The notes beneath the pieces were generated by a model. It was not told the origin of the DNA. It ran no database searches and saw only the letters and a list, made by a program, of their open reading frames with translations. 64,000 nt of DNA from Candidatus Nanoarchaeia archaeon (GTDB lineage Archaea; Nanobdellota; Nanobdellia; Woesearchaeales; WJIZ01): the NCBI GenBank assembly GCA_028279765.1, contig JANQND010000022.1:26149-90148 (forward strand), given 5' to 3'. Within the stretch, counting starts at the first letter, position 1, and each line of letters begins with the position of its first letter. Position numbers and translations under genes: made by a program. Below are positions 63,701-64,000 of this stretch, piece by piece.

Positions 63701-64000
63701 TTCTGTGACGTAGGTAACTTCCAGTGAGGGTGCCGGCTCTTCAATGACTAAGGAAGCTCCTGCATTAACATCAGCAGATACAGCAGTGTCAGTGATAGCA
63801 CCTACCGCCGCATCCAACTCAGCTGAGAGCCTGTTTTCTTCAATGATCCCGGATGCAGTTCCCTGAATGGAGAGTGTTCGAACGGAAGTCGAGCCTATTC
63901 TTTGAGCAGAGGATTTTGCAATCGTGTTTTCAGTCCTTGAAATTTGTGTAGAGAGAGATCCGATAGCCTTTGCGATTTTTTCTTGCTCTTCACGACCATT
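36758..64000 (-). CDS. giant surface protein, 5'-partial (>=9080 aa in window; N-terminus lies beyond the window end)
   Basis: 27 kb uninterrupted minus-strand frame. The track start (TTG at 63817) is artificial: I translated the same frame from 63818 to 64000 and found no stop. Contents: SDVHYTNIL…VPHLSNQTYE module (about 63400–63650); Ig-like repeats; 16 LamG_3-like modules; 2 Gly-rich GGSGG…GGGGRI repeats; four parallel beta-helix blocks; FN3-like C-terminal domains. No C-terminal anchor. Very dense N-x-S/T sequons. Confidence 0.85.
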   Translation of the reverse strand, partial: NGREEQEKIAKAIGSLSTQISRTENTIAKSSAQRIGSTSVRTLSIQGTASGIIEENRLSAELDAAVGAITDTAVSADVNAGASLVIEEPAPSLEVTYVTEGPSVEEENVTEGVKRVVIESDVHYTNILSFTDIRDSRKESVKLYWLVNDTRQLVENVSYIDRNNNSLIDRIYWTVPHLSNQTYEIILITKAEHLAENRSLIADIYPEVRQKDGNWSTPVYHGEYVRVTFEENLTPSKDITIYVRNNESLNTAVRVFEQNDTRLIAQFPVIVNESYYTIYLTEMNGSQDVFDLQVINLDNASTYLEFDHIIDPTLIVSDVSVNTTLINVTAENNFTHLEISDSAPYDRLVLYLPFDENASAVTTYDYSQNNHDATLIKNASYTSSGLYGGAMDLVNGDRLEVAYADDFNITGKNITLSAWIYLRNDTDGTEYIFQQGSVYWYLGLEAGSNHLWLSANGYTDTLIDCSVAVPLNKWTHVAGTINSTDYALYMNGTFLCSDDLGGGIANSRDRVLTIGGHPNSDTTQAARTINGSLDELMMFNTSLTATQMMGLYLNASDRFKPRGEQIISNLNFTSGNSQVVVKADHQALYGSSINLTVGYYAGSWYYTTDQVFTGQNTFSIDPASTNITLNFTFFAGNVSNSFYSPTLSSIVNTLTANLTDGVIEQFSVANPTPADGSHRSKNSFILNVTASDTSNLSVFVDLDDSLVSWYRMDDLDGSNNPTDYMGRNDLTIVDGASQTSDGKIGAAFEFDGAGDIIRDTSFSGISDDAADTTTFVAWYKLNELSSTAGRNQYIGYIYDNDVGWTKSQAYYFHSANNYLYWGSLSTYISGITADVGKWHFLACTPLGNATVGYHCFWDGQFYNMTGGAYNTDFNAPEQLLIGSNGGTYHFNGTIDNVLVFNRSLTQEEVRALYANTSTQYLEVNFTSLSEGVHSYTVYAQDIQNNVNSSSNRTLRIDLTTPEANYTSATPADGSVVSDNTLIVNVSAADNVGNISTVIDFDDSLVAWWRMDDANGSHIIEYYSRQNGTLLDSATTANSGYFGNGLTMDGNTDYADMGTSIYGNANSLSLFGWVNIAAHQSYNVLWGAYDTNKGLALSIRKPSSSVYYSVHSGDGSTGFTPTSATITLNENEWHHVGFIFNGSDYLYYLDGVNFDSDVSTISSINDLTISGSFIGREGSITANRFNGTIDDLMIFNRSLSDEEVKALYANTSSGIVGANFSGLSDGVHTFRAYAQDLAGNVNATALRTVLVDNTNPTLSYDYPSATADSFYSDDSVLVNVSAADTSGNVSTFVDFDDSLVSWWRMDDNNGTHILDYTGKNNGTITGNAYEVENGYFGKAFSFDGNADYVDVGSDKSLNFTTQNFTVNVWAKSLVDNDWNYIYSSGRGGASASWWAIYQDSSGNPEAVFDDGTTNLVTAISSSLGNNWRMWTVRYFYGDNISLYIDGVYLGTVDISSQSGTFENDESGFIGRRSTDADSWNGSIDDLLIFNRTLTEAEILALYANTSSSYFETNFSNLAEGVHSFTAYSQDSAGNIFEGATRSVRIDQTKPEINFTSHTPDGTFAVSDSTLVVNVSSADDTGNVSTFIDFDGSLVSWWRMDDFNGSDVLDYFGNHNATLFGNPVQKGYGKLGKAFDFDGVDDYMEINEFGNNVSNLSATISFWFYANPRDDNEYPFSQGTSHDPSIYLTSANTIRIVGPGDSSPANSISNNVWTHYLVTWNTSNTVTYINGVEQSYIGRAAFSPSSDGFLGQYHGNSNRFNGSLDDVMIFNRSFSASEVQGLYANTSSRHLANNFTGLTDGTHTFRAYTQDQAGNVNSTALKSVTVDTTLPSISFVGPTPANGSSIAQTYITVNASASDALGNVSAFLDFEDSLVTWLRMDDNNGTHIFDYMGRNNGTLVNNVAVNNSGRFGKSIAFDGNADRVDIAHSQSLNFSATNFTWSAWIRPSVDNDIDRRLFGQGLSSILAYLDFNSLNQFEFRIYNGTFNNGLAVKSTSGIPIGKWTHVAATFNGTQLVVYTNGSNPSFSAIWSVNGAIGDTGGAYYLGGYPSTYDYNGSMDDVMFFNRTLSPSEIDALYANTSLKYLSANLTSLSSTSHSFNAYSQDTAGNVNSTDVRVVSTGVSFFVPTDASTGNYTIVGSVDGTLASGGTYSTDQFMNFSSENDGLRLQLFGFFSSQAVNLSRLIINASTDKTVVDTQSVTGIASNHTLFLRKHRDSAIIVCPDATKLTEINNSCPNKIIFAHSDLSTWKNGIKVSLENGYYKIENLTGSGVGEDNATPLIGFDRPLNNTYHNSNIIYANLSTNDSSNHYSFVDVDNDLLLWMRFDDVNGTQHPLDLSSYANNGTRLGHTNVTEDGKFGKGFAFDGADDAVQIRSDNSEPLICEGCNYTISAWVYANDSSSFDGIYGYYSSSQSIYHAYDLHLASGWVRCLIGNGSATDEIAFHAINANEWYHFVCTWNGTVHSAYLNGAFDSSEIPSLTGVYPKKGEVGTLRELIGTQYTTTVNEFNGTIDEILVFNRSLSASEIAALYNSSSSNYEANLTGFSDGQHNLTAHAVDTAGNRNSSSVSFYVDTVLPSISYVAPTLSNDSVQSESFIAVNATASDIYNVSVFIDFNDSLVGWWRMDDTDSSGNVIDYLAFNNGTSNGDAAQVEDGYLGKAFSFDGAGDYVRIIEDGRFDFERDPFTVSVWVKGGVPGAYTSIVDNKIAGTYNAGFNIYVNSGTDTVVFRVANGSNQVGTGNSNKVIMDNSWHHVVGVRNASGMYLYTDGALDRSTTSGADFNVSGPYDMYFGSYNTGAGFLTGSIDDVMLFNRSLTTNEVAALYANTSSRSVFGNFTSLTDGLYNFKAYAQDTAGNVNSVASRFVTIDTTAPNLTLSAPTPENGAWKPENHLFVNATAIDGKMNSSLFVDFDNSLVSWWRMDDYNGTAVIDYTSRNNGTIVADASQTTAGYLGKGFTFDGNGDYLDLGDDTDFEFAQNVDFTVSLWAKRSGNSTVTYPALVAKGAASAGQKGWNFRMTNTDDLHFQMGNGSERTGTTCSNAFLTLDQWHHALVVANRSGNAQIYLDGQTCGSALDIGTHYNVDLAENVNAIIGGWITSGENWNGTIDDVLIFNRTLTSNEVLALYTNTSTAYLGVNQTGLSERGYSFTVYGQDTAGNVVQSTSRSVVIDTSIPNISYVNPTPSNNEVLSGSSIHINVSVADNRSNVSGFIDFDNSLVSWWRFDDGNGTVDYLGRNNGTATGGVASTDAGYFGKAYQFDGVNDFLRTTPNHNESEMTVSFWFNLDDNTDNFDQFYQNSDSSYTVRTRTAGRFRIDYKNTTGAQNFDSATSLYSVGEWHHVAVTFKDNNVSLYVDSEIKSSVNAGDLVDGDSSQVDFGNLINGTIDDILLFNRSLSEDEIKGLYANESSAFIQRNFTSLSTGTHTFTSYVQDKAGNVNSTLTRSVILSGTNYWICNTKNYFTNASCWSLGSVPTAGQDILFNGSGTGDVNITNNTLPQNLASFTVDSSYGGGSLYFLPLFAQGNWTGRNDGTQLWNSTGSITINNGTLYVYGDYRLIDFSGIEGNITGDGHGQEWRSLNGNVTIGSSATLDGIGLGFPTDVGPSSSGEESGRYGGTVFPGSTNILYGNATAPTSLGSGGDNAAGSSGIALKALSGDIVVNGSITMYSSSGSNDRGSGGSIWLAAQTITGKGVLDASGGSSSNNGAAGGGGRIRLGYTQDMDLTGTISTASGTTGSTSGSRQGGVGTLTFTNNTWPGNWEVNGSIGLLGGNFGEGEVLNVKGDFVLGSEHNITIYGDCFGNSGIYLGFICYNTTADGRGLWLNASGNITVKASSKFDGRGLGFPTDVGPGSGGSGGSYGGNGGSGAGVLYGNMSRPLSLGSGGDTSNGGSGLKLQTDAGVIIVNGTVDMRSYDGNNDHGSGGSIWLEARTILGDGSLTASGGISTNNGDAGGGGRISLTSSGAINFSGVLDASGGTSTSATPSRSGSGGTIYLNATSSIVTSMNTTSTGYDGGNITFKDTFLNLSGLHNATGTNTDTTLALDYTDCSSDFSGATFSPDPTYITSCTYSIAVHSPLNNSDYNTSAILFNVSTSREASWCSFSLDSAPNTTMQQEGSYYFNFTNSSMAQGSHTVQFFCNDTGNNKQETGIYSFFIDSAFPTINFTFPTPANNSVAPAESIFVNVTATDSVNVSLFIDFDDSLVSWWRIDDNNGTHVFDYMGRNNGTLSSDITINSSGYFGKGALLDGNDDIINLSGMNNYPFASGEEFTLSIWAKAKNDPRRQVLFNAYNGDGVYCEIEADGNFNCRLADANDANESVVTTSGDYSDDNWHLFVATRNATNLTLYVDGKLAASGADPTNSLTEPLDLYVGYFAGIVATGDFNGTLDDVMIFNRSLSPNEIIALYANTSIKYAHYNFTNLSFGSHHVRAYAQDTFGNVNSTELREIAVREAFIVPSELNTSNYTITGSVNGVLTNGGRYNSDQYLNFSHSTYGLRLQLFGLFSQGQVNLSGLVINSSDEKTVVNIGGSSGIYSNHTLFMPNHHGSGVYVCPNATRLSDVNTSCVNKIDFSVAELGSWKSGIRVTLDGPHYRVDNLTGSGVGEENVSPSISFEPPTFSDKTIIADDWIFVNTSINDSSNVSAFIDFDGSLVGWWRMDDNNGTHVFDYLGKNNGTLAGNSTQTVSGYFGEGYNFDGNGDYVDLGTDRSLNLSGDATIAAWIKPNTTNNVRWVAMTGDNSGLIQFGLDIGRTANTAGIIWGTTGDWAINFSDATLARNAWNFVAVTRNGSSGAWTGKIYLNATLDKTFESASNPSSLVNGLIGAFRTSATNQFFNGTIDNVLFFNRTLSASEIKELHANSSTKYVSRNYTSLVQGKHSFTAYAQDTAGNINFTETRSITTDQSAPSISFVNPTPANASSLSDNSFIVNASSSDSNNISTFIDLDDSLVSWWRMDDRNSSHIYDYLGRNNGTIVNNTEFTEYGFLGDGALLNESNEHFIEVPDSASLDIDGTELTLTAWVKTADGQGAIMDKQSSSSSGYRLNIELNGLAEFGVYGGDEGCGFTEINSNSIINDSQWHHVVGTWDGTNTRIYIDGVFEVSGSESCIATNNLAVDIGVGDDTAYLDATLDDLMIFNRSLSAEEVEALYANQSSRVLDINYSSLSEGHHYYKAYSQDKAGNINVTETRFATTDKTAPTMSYVSPTPSDGQILTNNSIYVNITSTDFHNISTFINFDDSLVSWWRMDDENGTHVFDYTGRNNGTVVGNATVNTSGYLGKGFNFDGDNDQITLGNVNFSSFEPEGTVSAWVNNHELDTYGGILTKSLGGIATTIQLDFGHYTSNSYRLFIGNGTNYASVSVSDTTTNAWELVTATWNSSDICIYLNGVFADCNTNTYGFIDYGNDLIISSMFGSSATRAFNGTLDDIMIFNRSLSAEEILALYANTSTTYLERNFTQLSDGNYSFSAYSQDTFGNVQALSSRLVHVFSQYPPIFFIDPTPVHHSLQNASPIINVSVTSPRNYYSFIDFNRSLVLWMDMDQIVGSQSNPSLVIDRSTYGNNGTPEDDAQQTDLGYFSKGFVFDGAGSGDYIEVPYDSSLSPLNEISFGMWVKLDDLANNMDFINFGSTQGGTYFLRSETDGDIVTQIRGPSTGANSCTATGQAEAGVWHHYFVTFNGSHMRTFRDGVEICGLNTTFTIYQPGSGYLSIGSHPTPTNLVDGTLDEVLIFDRGLSEEEVQAIYLNTGPLNYSANITGLRAGNYSVKAYAKDVYGYINSTEERIFTLGDFYAPEITFVDPSPANDQFIINTSAILNATIIDDIPPTYAFFDDNLTFWMTMDDINESGEPLDISGFGDNGSKQGDASQTADGIFGRAFTFDGTGDYINDTDQSQIRALSLWIYPDATTGTILSTDDKLGDSYNLQFVSGGILKSNQSDDAGSSLYVNSSNSIPTGQWTHVAIVSDPTADWTQMYIDGTLTQNITESGSQQSVAFTTIGAQHGAAPYDDFFDGRIDEILAFDRKLNETEIQALYNASKYHLERELLGLVEKDYNYTVHAVDATGNRDSAQLNFTVDTTRPTLEFVGATPPNGSGLSQNFIPINITANDTNTLMAFIDFNNDLSLWLRMDVNGSGDFQDYSSYNHTVTKYGSAVQVDDGYFGKGVRFSDGPSTDYLQVEDHDSLDLYDNWTVSWWAYPYQKSDGTATSYVFSKTPTTADTTGAYQLGIYTHHQSYSGDRAMIYGSNNGATACTITTTQFDMDEWMHGAMTFISGNVTHYVNGKEIGECGDVTWLVPNTQPLLIGRRGGATDAYLNATLDDLMIFNRTLTPVEIEMLYANQSTHYFARNFTDLTNGAYSFRAHTQDRSGFVNSTELREVSLETGTNVTICRPLKDPNTEYTLQNDLTTSGTCLTIYADNVTVNGNGYSITGDGSGLDYGINNTGSRMNLTVKNFNRIINLSRGVYFERVNNSLILNNSILISTGSDLSGLYLKDSNYNLVENNTITRNSSLSTTTHGIYINTTVLSSYNNLTNNTIILDGKGVGSGYPVYFRTAGGVNRYNRILDNLLNSSTGTFAFGVTFETGSALSSNNTVANNTIQLSSSVSYGVYLDGLAGSSIDSNEIIKNHIAVDGTSSAFGVYLFNPSGTSMNNTLIDSNSIYAEDASAYSIVLATTGSASIDSTTMQHNYLESAGSNAQGILFNNIGASQAYSTVYNNSINISSSNSVGTLNTFGIYMLETKQSGNVSLNTINITAPSTLTASIYSQNSNAGNVFVENEMYNSTYGIYLTNASSHNFTGGTFKHMEKNAVYLGSSSQQNFFKGLDIQDSDLSGFNITNSTNTIIINNTFSSTPLDYYVEDSEITEYQFNGSSLEIVNTHGKIRWINDSLYAFGDNLSNVISISSNSAFVNSTKDPGLNTSANITLNNLGSIVQSILVDFEDDGSFDLCPSGICQNLSFASSILLFNVTHFTTYKSSSVSFSNDWINITGTETCSSLYSTVNNDDVVSSCSSSYTDCIVAHLNISVTGTFNVLDCEVRMNATGDQNVGIYVQDSASMSVNQSLINATNETYEFIFQVNTSNFEFRDSTLEEAYGGMQILGNDTLVENATIRKNIDYGIHVQGYRTLINNSKITENTEGSGYGVYLNNVSASQVLNTNISANTYGAYLTASSSNLFENVESSGQSTGFYPTSSSRHNNYTDIISSSNTYAFFIADSTHNTLTNFTADYNTYSSGAISLFIGANYNKFYNITVRHNTGPGVYVGAFTSALNNTFDGIVALNNSVGLVLDFGSNNSIVNANLSNNTYNLEIGLNYFGGSGNTHRLITVDHSYAVYINESLSDYTYSPQTTPNAGFISCTECNNITIVDLNLSHSNSPGIYLYRSNASVISNVSVNENEVGVSLYTVYNTSVKNLTSIGSSTGIHLSNSQYNNISASTFEGGSIGILVGSSSENTIGNLSVTRASSHGVSLLTSTRNTFYNLTSNQNGGSGFSVGSNSHYTNFSSITANLNTDYGIYLNSVENSHVDGATLYSNNKSGLYVNLADYTTARNIDLWNCTSTSEGCLYLSRSENSFFEGITINNSQNYGLYIYGHSGVSVSSHNLFKDIIMNNTGAQDVYVHTQDGSSEATNNTFLNVSYADIDFSSTGTEEIIRKWYVDVLVNQTNTSVVPSANVSVSNVSSIVYLNTNTSLLGLVSFNVTEYYQTDDSAYSWYNNHTFTSIKSPLETTSVIANITSNRVDPNFVTITMESTVACGDTLDIPGKNYTLLRNISGAGNCLLIAADNISLSGNGFTITGNGSGTAINTTGTRHNLTIRDIPLISGFERGINLVNVRDSFIVNNTLDSSVLNPAYGIYTQDSTGLLIANNTIRWNSTESSSNSYGIYLSSVNNASSNNIVNNNTLSIYSASQSGYGIYVRNDDLETSGNSITDNTVDVLASSSAYGIHLFSSRDPAQNNIIQSNSIVLNSTSSGSAYGVYFLGNGTEPLGTTISLNSIVDNTVEASSTGSAYGIYLVQNFGSLIQDNTVYNNTLNITSSASSSDLSVFGIAQNSTTGTNISLNTINLTAPNSLSAGVYLVSGSNSNTLSQNTFTHSDYGLYLSSSSNNNFIREAILAPSRSGVLLTNASTSNRFTELTITNAGNNGFNVTNSNYTSIINNSVTGTPLDFIFLKSEISEFQLNGSSLSYGTDDAVVRWINTSLYLFGTNFTRLVQLTPNSIFVNTSMDPNFNTSANLTIYNLEIASPKASVDFNDDGIFADCSSVQCGGLVYSGGTLRFNVSSFTTYKASEATDLFACTILNEENTTYTLQTNITTTDTCFTIEANNVTIDFNGHAITGDGDALEYGVLSDGLNLSTLKDGRIHNFSHGIYFLNNSQSTIQNMTSTRNSNSGIYLQLSTDTFINNSNSSDNLYGIYLTENSDNVTVRSSSLHSDTLYGVYIDSSSALSLVNNSFESNGVGILLSSSPNASVHDNVFTTMGSAAITLSNTNYTSLSNNTILSSSAGINSSFSSHNTYERNTLQSNVLGFNSDQSEHFNVFTKNTFINCTSTSSSCISLIGSSNSIEGGVVNISSYHLLSVIGNDNNITDVIASNASIHGILIGNGSNATRLENLSITQTVKEGINVSSGTQHALINNTFSDVLRDYAVSDGSIASYSFVNNSLRISDDSNGILLFLNQSIVASGENLSNMISLSSNHIFVNSSRDRGLNTSANVTLYGITVASPTIQVDSDDDGIYTTCSAPLCHNLSFTASTLVFNVSHFTSYKVDIRAPSWNANQTNAPGKISEQKWFFVNWSDDSGLGNYIFSWNGTNGTWQNDTAVALTGLINQSNVTKTINLSRGNTIGWRIYVSDSAGVTNVTDIFTFEVENTPPEPVNLSAPLNLSTITDRYTFFNWTTGYDADGDTVNYTIVIEESPDCTGNGLECVGVNTVANPTSPSYTSTRLLGIDTWYNWSVRAFDGYNYSTWSGGFNFTLEGVISIDLNCVGGCSSTAEFGTVFHNTEYNTTSNSPQPLTFENDGNVFVDTLINATPLWDTVALNTVYFQFAAGNSSESSSFNWSNSTQLFTPLSSAQKYVARSLNFSNASDLAEAELSVIVPSGESAGDKNTLITIEARYYNAS
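45300..62300 (-). repeat. array of 16 divergent LamG/concanavalin-A-like lectin modules (period about 890 nt) inside the giant ORF
   Basis: The SLVSWWRMDD-type motif recurs on the minus strand at about 61870, 60970, 60100, 59210, 58370, 57040, 56150, 55250, 54350, 51400, 50060, 49190, 48310, 47450, 46550 and 45710. Each is followed by FDG…DY, a conserved Trp, and DDxMIFNRSLSxxE…LYAN. A conserved nucleotide patch catacgccaccagga recurs. The array is interrupted at 51400–54350 by the Gly-rich insert. Confidence 0.75.

Overview
This 64 kb window is AT-rich and clearly archaeal; I infer a DPANN-like lineage from the gene content. It splits into two parts.

**Positions 1–21.9 kb: mixed-strand housekeeping genes.**
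- A tightly coupled riboflavin operon: ribK, ribC, an unknown 107-aa ORF and ribH, with overlapping or adjacent start/stop codons.
- RNA 3'-phosphate cyclase (rtcA).
- A Zn-ribbon protein gene coupled to aEF-1beta; the Zn-ribbon ORF is absent from the ORF track.
- Trm1 and aIF5B.
- A Nip7-like protein, a PUA-domain protein, and DUF371 and DUF460 proteins.
- A classic MoxR–DUF58–vWA operon.
- A 1289-aa secreted, Cys-rich lipoprotein.

**Positions 21.9–64.0 kb: a single-strand surface-protein island.** Every gene here is on the minus strand. It contains:
- A giant ORF of at least 9019 aa that runs off the window edge with no in-frame stop. In it I see 16 LamG/concanavalin-A-like modules on a roughly 890-nt period, four right-handed beta-helix blocks, duplicated Gly-rich repeats, FN3-like C-terminal domains, and very dense N-glycosylation sequons.
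- A second giant ORF of 3233 aa with a four-TM 'both termini inside' topology and two large ectodomains.
- A shared about 80-aa module (SDVHYTNIL…VPHLSNQTYE) present in both giants.
- A paralogous pair of about 420-aa membrane proteins.
- A regulator with two duplicated HTH segments.
- A Cys-rich lipoprotein.
- A previously unlisted 59-aa AbrB/SpoVT-like gene that overlaps the start of the 3233-aa giant. Its promoter carries three TAACGTTA palindromes bracketing a TATA box.
- An (AAAG)9 microsatellite upstream of that promoter and an in-frame (GGY)12 tract inside the giant.

I found no tRNA, rRNA or CRISPR. The most interesting signal is the island as a whole: regulator, giant multi-TM adhesins and candidate phase-variable repeats. 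I interpret it as a host- or particle-attachment system.
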